A stretch of 41,288 nucleotides of DNA, taken from Terriglobales bacterium (GTDB lineage: Bacteria; Acidobacteriota; Terriglobia; Terriglobales; Acidobacteriaceae). The stretch covers positions 1-41,288 of the forward strand of contig DASWAR010000161.1 in the NCBI GenBank assembly GCA_036391015.1, read 5' to 3'. Shown one piece after another: positions 7,851 to 15,428 of this stretch. The position numbers and the translations under genes were made by a program. Each line of letters begins with the position of its first letter. Position 1 is the stretch's first letter. The notes below the pieces were generated by a model that searched no databases, had not been told where the DNA came from, and worked only from the letters and a program-made list of their open reading frames with translations.

Positions 7851-8612
7851 CTAGACGCTGGCCAGGGCTTTCAACGCCGCCTTGTTGCGGATCAGCAACG
7901 TCGAACCCTTGGCGTGCACGATCTGCCGCTTCTTCAATTCGGCGAACAGACGCGTGACCGTCTCGCGCGAGGTCCCGATCATCTGCGCGATCTCCTCGTG
8001 GGTGAGCGCCATCTTCACGCGCGGCTCCTGCTTGTTGGCTTCCCCGTTCCTCGAGCTCCACTCCAGCAGCAGCTTGGCGAGCTTTTCCGCCGCCGAGTGT
8101 GAAAGCCCCAGCGAGCGGATCTCGTGGCAAGCGGTGTTGTACTTCTCGCTCAATTGCTCGGCCACGCGGAAGCAGGCCTCGCTGTGCTCGCGCAGGAAAC
8201 GCAGAAAATCTTCGCGCTTGACGAAGTTGACCTGGCAGGGATCGATCGTCTCCGCCGTGAGTTCGTACGGTTTGCCGGAAACGGTGGCGCTGAGCCCGAG
8301 CACTTCGCCGGGTTCGGCGATTTTCAGGATCAAGGTTTTTCCGTCGGTGGAACAGATGGAGAGCTTCACCCGCCCTTTGCAGAGGACAAAAATTCCGCGG
8401 GGCGCCTGGCCTTCCACGAACAACACTGCGCCCTTGGGATAAGCACTGGCGTACTTAATAGCTTCGAATGATTGCAGGGCGGCAGTGGGCAAATCGCAGA
8501 ATATCCGGTCGGCCCGGAGCTTACAGGTGAAGCAGCTTTCTATGATATCGAGTCCATAAGGTGATAACACGACACAACCCCCTGTGACATTCCATCTTAC
8601 CCTTCCGGTCAA
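7851..8612 (-). CDS. Crp/Fnr-family transcriptional regulator (full length, with N-terminal Cys triad)
   Basis: cNMP-binding beta-roll (FVEGQAPRGIFVLCKGRVKL...GEVLGL). C-terminal HTH reads THEEIAQMIGTSRETVTRLF; its RETVxR matches the E. coli CRP recognition helix RETVGR. N-terminal motif is C-x2-C-x8-C (CFTCKLRADRIFC). The tracked start at 8612 is TTG. A GTG at 8570 preceded by GGGGG is a plausible alternative. Confidence 0.88.
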   Translation of the reverse strand: MTGRVRWNVTGGCVVLSPYGLDIIESCFTCKLRADRIFCDLPTAALQSFEAIKYASAYPKGAVLFVEGQAPRGIFVLCKGRVKLSICSTDGKTLILKIAEPGEVLGLSATVSGKPYELTAETIDPCQVNFVKREDFLRFLREHSEACFRVAEQLSEKYNTACHEIRSLGLSHSAAEKLAKLLLEWSSRNGEANKQEPRVKMALTHEEIAQMIGTSRETVTRLFAELKKRQIVHAKGSTLLIRNKAALKALASV

Positions 8613-8623
8613 GAAAAAACTTT

Positions 8624-8657
8624 CGAACGGTCGTTAGGCGCTCCGAACGGACGTTCG
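8624..8657. promoter_or_regulatory. Two copies of an AACG-N2-CGTT palindrome in the divergent crp-like/PEBP promoter region
   Basis: cgAACGgtCGTT at 8624-8635 and cgAACGgaCGTTcg at 8644-8657. The second has perfect 6-bp arms. Spacing is 20 bp. Confidence 0.3.
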
Positions 8658-8764
8658 TGCGCGCCCGCGGAAACCAGCATGGACACGGGGTTTCCGCCGT
8701 TTCCCGTGGCGCCCTCCGCACCCACTTGGCAACCCGCTCCGGCTTCTGATGAAATGGCAGGGGT

Positions 8765-9376
8765 ATGTGGCGAATGTCGCTCCTGATTGTGACCTTGCTC
8801 ACCGCATCGGTGTACATGCAGACCGCGGCAGAAGCGCATGGAATCTGGGGTTCCGGCGGTTTCGCTCATCTCAGGGCCGGTCTTTACGCGACAAATTACG
8901 CCGCGCATACGGAGGGAGCCATGCAGGTCAACAGTAAATTGATTTCCCCCGGCGGCGAATTCCCGAAACGGGAAACATGCGACGGCCAGAATACTTCCCC
9001 GCAACTGGCCTGGAGCGGCGCCCCGCCGACTACGAAGTCTTTTGCCTTGATCCTCGACGATCCTGACGCTCCGGGCGGTACCTTTACTCATTGGATGGTG
9101 TGGAACATTCCCGCCGGCACGCATGAGTTGCCGGAGAACCTGCCGAAGACCGCGGAATGGGCGGACGGCGCCCGCCAGGGCCGCAACGATTTCGGCAAGG
9201 TCGGTTACGGCGGACCGTGCCCTCCGCCGGGAAGACCGCACCGCTATTACTTCCGTTTATATGCGCTCGACAACGCACCCGCCGTCAAACCAGGCGCGGG
9301 CCGCGAGGAACTCGAGCGCGCCCTGCAAGGGCATATTCTTGCCCGCGGCGAACTGATGGGGCGCTACGCCCGTTGA
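8765..9376 (+). CDS. YbhB/YbcL-family phosphatidylethanolamine-binding protein (PEBP/Raf kinase inhibitor-like)
   Basis: Family-typical motifs: NTSPQLAWSGAPPTTKSFALILDDPDAP, THWMVWNIP, GRNDFGKVGYGGPCPPPGRPHRYYFRLYALD. The N-terminus is hydrophobic and signal-like. Confidence 0.88.
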   Translation: MWRMSLLIVTLLTASVYMQTAAEAHGIWGSGGFAHLRAGLYATNYAAHTEGAMQVNSKLISPGGEFPKRETCDGQNTSPQLAWSGAPPTTKSFALILDDPDAPGGTFTHWMVWNIPAGTHELPENLPKTAEWADGARQGRNDFGKVGYGGPCPPPGRPHRYYFRLYALDNAPAVKPGAGREELERALQGHILARGELMGRYAR

Positions 9377-9613
9377 CCGGTTTCGCGCTCCCACCAGCAC
9401 GTCCCGCGGATCTTCAACCCCTGAATGCGCAGGCCGAATCACGGAGGTAACCTCCCCCGATTACGCCCGCTATCTTCCCCCCTTTATCGTATCGCGATAG
9501 GTTATGCGGCAGTTGGGTCACATCGTCGCTCAAGGGCCAAATGGGCGCGGTCCGGCAAACCTGCCGGGCCCGCCCGTCCAAAACGGCTTGCGACGCTTCG
9601 GGGGAGTACGGTT

Positions 9614-9721
9614 ATGTGGCGTGCGATTTATTTCTGGGTGGGGCTTCTGATGGCGCGGTACCTGTTCCGGCGGCGCACCGTGCACATTGACCTTGATCGC
9701 CTGCGCAGCGCCGGAATGTAG
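9614..9721 (+). CDS. Possible 35-aa single-TM small protein
   Basis: GGGGAG sits 7-8 nt upstream of the ATG. Sequence is MWRAIYFWVGLLMARYLFRRRTVHIDLDRLRSAGM. There is no homology evidence. Confidence 0.25.
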   Translation: MWRAIYFWVGLLMARYLFRRRTVHIDLDRLRSAGM

Positions 9722-9797
9722 CTCGAGCCGGTGGAGCCTCGAGGCAAAAGGCGCCTGGCTGGCCGCGCTCTCACGACCGGCAACTAACACCTCGGGA

Positions 9798-10664
9798 CTA
9801 TTTTTTCCGGTACCTCGAAAACTGGTGGTCCGCCACTCTCCGGCAACTCATCCACCGCCACCACGGCGCATTCTCGAAGGTAAATCCCGGCGCATGGAAG
9901 GTCGTCGGCCGGTACGGCGACGGGTTGCGCACGTCCGCCGCTGATTTCTCCTGCTCCGGCGGCGCCAGTTGTCCGACCTCGACCGGCGACATGGTCACGA
10001 ACTTTTCATCCACCAGGCCGGCGCGCGACAAATGTCCATACAGCGTCGGGCCGCCCTCGCACAGCAAGTACTCGACGCCAAGTTCGCGCCGCAGCAGCCC
10101 GGCGGCGGCGGCCAAGTCCACGAACTTGTCTTCGCCCGCCGCGATCACCCGCACGTGCGGATGGGTTTGCTTCTCCGCCAGCCGCTTGGCCCCGTTTTTT
10201 GTGGTGACCACCACCGCGTCCACCAGTTCACCGTCGAACACCCGGAAGGCCGACAAGTCCAAGGTTGCCGAGCCGGTCACGAAAATGTTCATTTCCCGCC
10301 GCTTTCCCAGCCTCTGCCGCAAACGCCGCAGTTCCGCGTCCATGATGCGGAACACCGGCCCGCGCGGCCGGTCGCCGAGCTCGGTCTCGCCGAGCAGCGT
10401 ATTCGCCCCGACCAGCACTGCGTCGGCATGCGTCCGCAGCAGGTCCATCAGCCAGCGGTCCGGTTGCGAGCGCGCAATGTCCGACCCGGCTGCGTGTTTG
10501 CCCTTGAACGACACGATCCCGTCCAGCGACTGGACGAAATTCGAGTAGATCCACGGCCTGCCCGCCGGCGCCACGGGAAATCCCAAGCGACCGTACGGCT
10601 CGTAGGCCGCGTCCTCCACCGCCGCCGGCTCACCCTCGTCAAACAAGACTTCGAACGTTTGCAT
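9798..10664 (-). CDS. RibD C-terminal domain / dihydrofolate reductase-like family protein
   Basis: SNFVQSLDGIVS...ADAVLVGANTL...IFVTGSA...YLLCEGGPTLYGHL..GLVDEKFVTMSPV matches the deaminase-reductase C-terminal fold pattern. Confidence 0.75.
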   Translation of the reverse strand: MQTFEVLFDEGEPAAVEDAAYEPYGRLGFPVAPAGRPWIYSNFVQSLDGIVSFKGKHAAGSDIARSQPDRWLMDLLRTHADAVLVGANTLLGETELGDRPRGPVFRIMDAELRRLRQRLGKRREMNIFVTGSATLDLSAFRVFDGELVDAVVVTTKNGAKRLAEKQTHPHVRVIAAGEDKFVDLAAAAGLLRRELGVEYLLCEGGPTLYGHLSRAGLVDEKFVTMSPVEVGQLAPPEQEKSAADVRNPSPYRPTTFHAPGFTFENAPWWRWMSCRRVADHQFSRYRKK

Positions 10665-10728
10665 GACGGAATTGTACGTTGCGAGTTATGAATCCTGAGT
10701 TGTGAGTAGAGAAGCGGATGCTGTGAAC

Positions 10729-11337
10729 TCAGAGCGCCAGCTTCTGGCGAACGAACGCGACCACTTCCTCGCTCACGTAGCGCGGCGGCCGCACCCGGAA
10801 CACCGGCTTGCCCTGGATCAGCTTGAGCGACACTCCGCTCCACGCCGGCAGCGCATCGGGCGGCGCGTCGTGCAAAATTACCGCCGACGCAAAGTCCAGA
10901 AACTCGCGCGCCGTGGGCTTGAAATCCGCCGTGCCGTAGTCCAGCACGGTCAAATACAAGTCCGGCCGCAAAAACTTCATCACGCTATTCGACTCGACGA
11001 TCACGTTCTCGGCGCCCGCGATCTGTTTGCGCAACGCCGGCATCGCTTCCGCCAAATTGCCCTGGCGCGTCCGCACCCACAGCGAACGCTCCGCCCCCGA
11101 CACCAGGAACCGCGACGTGTCGCTCTCTCCCGAGCGGTCGCGCTCTTCGATGATGGCCCAGGAATCATCGGCGGTGGCGCAGTCGCATAGTTCTGAGCTT
11201 GCCGAGCAAACCCCGTGCCCAAATTGCGTGATCTTGACGGCGGTCCAGCGGCGCTCCGGCATGGCGGCAATCAGCCCCGCCACCACGCTGGTTTTTCCCA
11301 CGCTCCGCGAATGTCCGCCGATAACAACTAGGGCCAT
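10729..11337 (-). CDS. P-loop NTPase, MobB-like (function uncertain)
   Basis: Walker A motif GGHSRSVGKTS at the N-terminus. VKITQFGHG and VIVESNS segments resemble the MobB layout. This is a weak call. Confidence 0.4.
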   Translation of the reverse strand: MALVVIGGHSRSVGKTSVVAGLIAAMPERRWTAVKITQFGHGVCSASSELCDCATADDSWAIIEERDRSGESDTSRFLVSGAERSLWVRTRQGNLAEAMPALRKQIAGAENVIVESNSVMKFLRPDLYLTVLDYGTADFKPTAREFLDFASAVILHDAPPDALPAWSGVSLKLIQGKPVFRVRPPRYVSEEVVAFVRQKLAL

Positions 11338-11353
11338 TTGTACCGTTTCAAAA

Positions 11354-11408
11354 GGTAGTCCGTAGCCGGTAGTCCGGTCCGGACTACGGACTAGCGACTA
11401 CCGACTAC
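11354..11408. repeat. Quasi-palindromic low-complexity repeat (gtagtcc/ggactac words) overlapping the lpxD stop codon
   Basis: gtagtccgg-t-ccggactac is a perfect 9-bp inverted repeat at 11369-11387. It is flanked by further gtagtcc / gactac words. The lpxD TAG (11405-11407) lies inside the last word. Confidence 0.6.
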
Positions 11409-12400
11409 GATTTTTTCGCCAGTCTCGCCAGCACGGCCAGCTCTTTCAAATACTGTCTGATGGGCCTCGCCGGCGTTCCCCAAAACAGAATGCCCTTGCC
11501 GCGGATCACTTTTCCGGTCGGCACGCCGCACTGCGCGCCCAAGATCGCGCCACTCTCGACGGTGACGTGGTCCGCGATCCCCACCTGCCCGGCGACCACC
11601 ACGCCATCTTCGATCACAGAGCTGCCCGAAATCCCTGTCTGCGCCGCGATCACTACATTTTCGCCGATGCGCACGTTATGCCCGACATGCACCATGTTGT
11701 CCAGCTTCGTGCCTCGCCCGATCACGGTCGCGTCGAGCGCGCCCCGGTCCACGGTGCTGTTGGCGCCGATCTCCACATCGTCACCAATCTCCAGCCTGCC
11801 GATCTGCGGAAATTTCGTGTACCGGCCGCTCTGCTCATCGCGCACGAATCCGAAACCGTCGCTGCCCAGCACCGCCCCGGCATGCACGATCACGCGGTCG
11901 CCCACGGTCGTGGCCGGATAAATACTGACATTCGATTTGATGTCGCAACCTGCCCCAAGGCGCACGCCCGCGCCGATAAACGCGCCGACGCCAATCGCAG
12001 TGTGGTCACCGATGGTGACTTTTTCCGAAACCACCGCATGCGCTCCGACGGCAACTCCCTTGCCCAGCCGCGCGCTCTCATGCACAACCGCACTCTCGTC
12101 GATTCCTGGACCTGGCCGTCGCACCGGACACAACAACTCCGACGCCTTGGCGAACGCCAGCCTCGGCTGCCTGGCGATGACCAGCGACTTGTCTGGCACG
12201 GGTCTCTGACCTGTGTCCGCAAACTCACCCGCAATCACCGCCGCTGCTTTCGACGCAAGCGCCGCCGCCAGATGTCTTTCGTTGTCGACGAACACGAGAC
12301 CCCGCGCCGTTGCCGACTCGATGCTCGCCACCGAGCCGACCTCAACGTCTGCGCCCACCACCCTGCCGCCGATGTGTTTTGCAATCTCGCTGAGCTTCAT
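11405..12400 (-). CDS. lpxD: UDP-3-O-(3-hydroxyacyl)glucosamine N-acyltransferase
   Basis: The N-terminus MKLSEIAKHIGG... is LpxD-like. It is followed by a long run of hexapeptide repeats (left-handed beta-helix) and PQIGRLEIGDDVEIGANSTVDRGAL. The ATG at 12400 is preferred over the tracked 12436. Confidence 0.88.
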   Translation of the reverse strand: MKLSEIAKHIGGRVVGADVEVGSVASIESATARGLVFVDNERHLAAALASKAAAVIAGEFADTGQRPVPDKSLVIARQPRLAFAKASELLCPVRRPGPGIDESAVVHESARLGKGVAVGAHAVVSEKVTIGDHTAIGVGAFIGAGVRLGAGCDIKSNVSIYPATTVGDRVIVHAGAVLGSDGFGFVRDEQSGRYTKFPQIGRLEIGDDVEIGANSTVDRGALDATVIGRGTKLDNMVHVGHNVRIGENVVIAAQTGISGSSVIEDGVVVAGQVGIADHVTVESGAILGAQCGVPTGKVIRGKGILFWGTPARPIRQYLKELAVLARLAKKS

Positions 12401-12437
12401 GGTTTGCCACTCGCAATCACAACTCGGACCTCGCAAT

Positions 12438-12573
12438 TAGAACTGGTTTCAAAAATACATTTTCGCCTCAGGAAAAATGTCCCTCAGGGGCTAAAGCCCA
12501 CTATTTTTGCGGCCTCGATCGGCACGGCTAAAGCCGTGCCCTACCCAAAGACTGATGTTTGAAACCAGTTCTA
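12438..12573. mobile_element. 136-bp MITE-like element with perfect 16-bp terminal inverted repeats
   Basis: Left end tagaactggtttcaaa (12438-12453) is the exact reverse complement of right end tttgaaaccagttcta (12558-12573). The interior carries hairpins ggcacggc-taaa-gccgtgcc and gggc-taaa-gccc. It sits between the lpxL-like gene and lpxD. The final cta is the TAG stop of the lpxL-like gene. Confidence 0.6.
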
Positions 12574-13470
12574 GTACAACGGCTGCTCTCCCTCCGGCCT
12601 TGTCTTCCATCTCCGATGCACCCACAACCACTGGTCAGGAAATTTCCGCACGTACTCCTCGATCACGCTGGTGAACAACTGGGTGGCGCTGACCACGTCG
12701 CGCTCGTCATCGCCGGATTTCGGCAGCGCCAGCCGCGGCGCAAACGTAATGAGGTATTTTCGCCGCACATCGTCCCAGATGGTGAACGCCGGCACCACCG
12801 ACGCATCGGTGCGCAACGCCACCCGCGCGATGCCGCTGGCGGCGCAGGCCGGCACGCCAAAAAAATCTACGAACACGCCCGCCGGCGGGGTCATGTTCTG
12901 GTCCATGAGCAGCCCGACCGTCTCGCCCGCGCGCATCGCCGCAATCAGCCCGCGCGCGAAGTCCTGCTTTTCGAAAGTCGAGTTGCCGTGCAACGTCCGA
13001 TAGCGTTCCACCAAGCGGTCGAGATACGGATTGTCCAGCGCGCGAACCACGATCCGCAACCTGTGTCCGTGGATCGAATGTACGAACGACCCGACCTCCC
13101 ATCCTCCCAGGTGCGCGGTCAGGAACAGCACGCCCTTGCCGCGACGTTGCGCCGCGTCGAAATTCTCGAAGCCCTCATACACCGCGACCTGCGAAACGTT
13201 GTCCCGCGTGTAGCGCGGGAACCGGCAGAATTCCGCCAGTTGCCGGCCCAGCGATACAAACACGCCGCGCACGATCCTCCTGCGCTCGGCAGCCGCCATT
13301 TCCGGATAGGCAATCTCCAGGTTGCGCAGCCCCACCTTTCGCAATCGCCGGTGCAGGCGATACACCGCGCCCGCCAGCAGAATGCCGAGCGTCCGCGCCA
13401 ACGGGCGCGGCAAGGCGCCCAGGATCTTCACGACCGGCCAGACCAGCGCATACTCGAGACGATGGCGCAT
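12571..13470 (-). CDS. Lipid A biosynthesis (Kdo)2-lipid IVA acyltransferase family protein (LpxL/HtrB-like lysophospholipid acyltransferase)
   Basis: The N-terminal TM segment, NLEIAYPE, GKGVLFLTAHLGGWE, and the overall length and layout are typical of the family. It is adjacent to lpxD. Confidence 0.78.
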   Translation of the reverse strand: MRHRLEYALVWPVVKILGALPRPLARTLGILLAGAVYRLHRRLRKVGLRNLEIAYPEMAAAERRRIVRGVFVSLGRQLAEFCRFPRYTRDNVSQVAVYEGFENFDAAQRRGKGVLFLTAHLGGWEVGSFVHSIHGHRLRIVVRALDNPYLDRLVERYRTLHGNSTFEKQDFARGLIAAMRAGETVGLLMDQNMTPPAGVFVDFFGVPACAASGIARVALRTDASVVPAFTIWDDVRRKYLITFAPRLALPKSGDDERDVVSATQLFTSVIEEYVRKFPDQWLWVHRRWKTRPEGEQPLY

Positions 13471-13579
13471 TTGACGGGTGACCGGACGCTAGCACCCGAC
13501 CATTTCACTGTCAATCCGAGCAAGGCCCCGGTTCTCGTAACCTTGTGCCCCAACCATTTATCATCTCTTTGCTCAAAGG

Positions 13580-14146
13580 ATGGCATGCATGGTTGATTGC
13601 AGGCATTCGTGGAAGATAGTGGTCGCTGCCAGCGCCATCGCGCTCCTGATTTCCTGCCGCGCCGGCGCCCCGGGCGGCGCCGAGGCCGCGCTGGTCAAGA
13701 AAATCAAGCAGCAGACCATCGGCGGGAAGGATTGGAAAAATCCCTTGCCCGACACGCCGGAAAACCAGAAAACCGGCGCCGAGCACTTCCGGCATCATTG
13801 CCAGATTTGTCACGGCCTCGATGGCCACAACACCGGGGTGCCGTTCGCCGACGCCATGTCGCCCCCGGTCGCCGATCTCGGCGACAAAAGCGTGCAGGCC
13901 TACAACGACGGCCAATTGAAATGGATCATCCAGAACGGGATCCGGTTCACCGGCATGCCCGGCTGGAGAGGCGTCCTCGACGACAACGAGCAGTGGGCCA
14001 TCATTCGCTACATCCGCCACCTGCCCGCGAAAGGCTCCCTCGGCCCGCCGCCCGTCTACCAGGAGGCGGAAGAGGAACACAAGCATGACGGGGAAGGCCA
14101 GGGTTCACAGCCGCACCAGCACTCGCACGGCGACCGCAAGCACTGA
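13580..14146 (+). CDS. Monohaem class I c-type cytochrome, probable lipoprotein, with His-rich C-terminal tail
   Basis: Single CQICH motif with a distal TGMPGW Met. Lipobox-like LISC. The tail is EEEHKHDGEGQGSQPHQHSHGDRKH. The start may instead be the ATG at 13589. Confidence 0.8.
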   Translation: MACMVDCRHSWKIVVAASAIALLISCRAGAPGGAEAALVKKIKQQTIGGKDWKNPLPDTPENQKTGAEHFRHHCQICHGLDGHNTGVPFADAMSPPVADLGDKSVQAYNDGQLKWIIQNGIRFTGMPGWRGVLDDNEQWAIIRYIRHLPAKGSLGPPPVYQEAEEEHKHDGEGQGSQPHQHSHGDRKH

Positions 14147-14151
14147 AGAGG

Positions 14152-14178
14152 AGTTGGGAGTTAGTAGTTGGGAGTTAG
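14152..14178. repeat. Tandem 14-nt period repeat (agttgggagttag x2)
   Basis: agttgggagttag-t-agttgggagttag, immediately after the cytochrome c stop codon. Confidence 0.6.
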
Positions 14179-14230
14179 CGGGACGGCATTCAGGTTATGA
14201 ACCAACGCCGGCTTGAGCTGAGAATGGAAT

Positions 14231-14320
14231 CCCTCTGGGGCTAAAGCCCAGTATTCTTGCGGGCTCGGCGGCATGGCTGAAGCCGTGCCCTTCCCAAAAG
14301 CGACTCTAAACCAGTTCTAG
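14231..14320. repeat. Partial second copy of the 12438-12573 element (right part only)
   Basis: Colinear with 12481-12574, same orientation: ccctc[a/t]ggggctaaagccca...ggca[c/t]ggct[a/g]aagccgtgccc...aaaccagttctag. The hairpin is kept through a U-G wobble. The left terminal repeat is absent. It ends 4 nt before the SYLF gene stop. Confidence 0.6.
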
Positions 14321-14323
14321 CAG

Positions 14324-15079
14324 CTACTGCTTGTCCGGCTGTTTTTCCGCCGCCGGCTTGGGCGCTTCCGCCGCTTTCACCGGAGCGTAGCGCCGCAGTG
14401 TCTCCAGGAAAGGATTGGCATCCGCCGGCGCCGGGTGCACGCCGGTCAGCAGCGCCCGATACCCTACCATGCGCCCGTAGAATGCGCGCGTGTCGTCGCG
14501 GTCCTGCTTGATCACCACGCCGTTCAGCGATATCCCGGCAAACACGCCGCGCGCCCGCGAATAGGTCAACACCTGGGCCCGCATCTTCCAGTCGGTGGCG
14601 CCTTCGGCGTGACGTCCCACCGGCCCCGCCGCTACCGACGCATCCGCGCCCAGCTTGAACTTGCTCGACAGCAGCGCCCGCATGCCGCGCTCGTTCATGA
14701 TCACCATCACCAGGTCCACCGCCTGCCCGCCGATCTGGAACCCGACGCTGCCGCCTTCCACCCGGAAAAACGCGGGCGCGCTCCAGCCGTTCGATGTCTT
14801 GCAGCTCGCCAGGCCCTTGCCGTACGACGCGCCGACAATGAATCCGCCCTTCAGCATGGAGGGCACCACGGCGACACACTGCGCCGACCCGAGTATCTCA
14901 TCCGGTATCCCACTGTCGGGCGCAGCCATGATTTCGTTCATCACCGTGCCCGCTTCCGTCACGCGGTCCAGCACCTTGTCGCGATCGCCTTGCGCCCAGC
15001 TCAGGGTTGTGAACACACTTAGCAGCATACAAATCAGAATTTTTTTCATGGGAATTGGTTCTCCGTGGCGCGCATTCAA
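14324..15079 (-). CDS. SYLF (Ysc84-like, DUF500) lipid-binding domain protein, secreted
   Basis: AQCVAVVPSMLKGGFIVGASYGKG...WSAPAFF..EGGSVGFQIGGQAVDLVMV...KLGADASVAAGPVGR matches the SYLF pattern. There is a signal peptide. The ATG at 15049 (MKKILICMLL) is an alternative start. Confidence 0.82.
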   Translation of the reverse strand: MNARHGEPIPMKKILICMLLSVFTTLSWAQGDRDKVLDRVTEAGTVMNEIMAAPDSGIPDEILGSAQCVAVVPSMLKGGFIVGASYGKGLASCKTSNGWSAPAFFRVEGGSVGFQIGGQAVDLVMVIMNERGMRALLSSKFKLGADASVAAGPVGRHAEGATDWKMRAQVLTYSRARGVFAGISLNGVVIKQDRDDTRAFYGRMVGYRALLTGVHPAPADANPFLETLRRYAPVKAAEAPKPAAEKQPDKQ

Positions 15080-15130
15080 AATACTACAGCTTAGATGCTG
15101 CCGGTGGCGGTGGCGTCGAAGGTGCGGGAA

Positions 15131-15168
15131 AAGAAAAAAAGCCGGGAGCGAGGCCCAGTTCGCTCCCG
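15131..15168 (-). terminator. Rho-independent terminator
   Basis: Minus strand reads cgggagcga-acugggcc-ucgcucccg followed by GCUUUUUUUCUUUU. Confidence 0.8.
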
Positions 15169-15428
15169 ACTTCCGTTCGAGACCCGGTTCGCGGTTTTAG
15201 TGTCCGCGACCCGGGGAATTAACTCCCAGGGTTCTGTGGTAGGTGAGCGCAGTATGCGTCGGGTGTCAGAAGCGCGCAAATCTCGCTGGTTCCTGACCCA
15301 AAGTAATGTGCGATTGCCGAAGCCCTGCCGCCCCAAAAAACGGCCCCGGATTACCACGGATATTCACGAATCAGATGCAGGTTGCTTGCGATTCGCGTTC
15401 ATCCGTGGAAATCCGTGGCTAAGCTTAG
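15169..15428 (-). other. Unassigned, highly structured ~260-nt transcript segment between the response-regulator stop and its terminator (3' UTR or candidate sRNA)
   Basis: No credible ORF. Minus-strand hairpins: ccacggat...atccgtgg enclosing acgcgaatc/gattcgtg; gggtcag...ctgac(a)ccc; cccgggtcgcgg-acactaaaa-ccgcgaaccggg (11 of 12 bp). Confidence 0.3.

Noticed and set aside
8521-9241. Minus-strand ORFs 8521-8817 and 8609-9241 overlapping the promoter region and the PEBP gene
   Set aside because: They have no motifs, an Arg/Gly-rich composition, and overlap a well-supported plus-strand PEBP gene.
13471-13579. Crp/Fnr box upstream of the monohaem cytochrome c (ggtgaccggacgctagcacc; ttgac...gtcaa)
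   Set aside because: The half-site spacing (N10 and about N35) does not fit the GTGA-N6-TCAC geometry seen at the other promoters.
15171-15192. tRNA/tmRNA-like T-loop (ccgttcgagacccgg)
   Set aside because: There is no flanking 5-bp T-stem, acceptor stem or anticodon arm, and no CCA-proximal structure.
15262-15300. SRP (4.5S) RNA-like gggtcaggaacc... hairpin on the minus strand
   Set aside because: It lacks the conserved GGAA tetraloop and the AGCAGC / GCAG helix-8 symmetric and asymmetric loop sequences.
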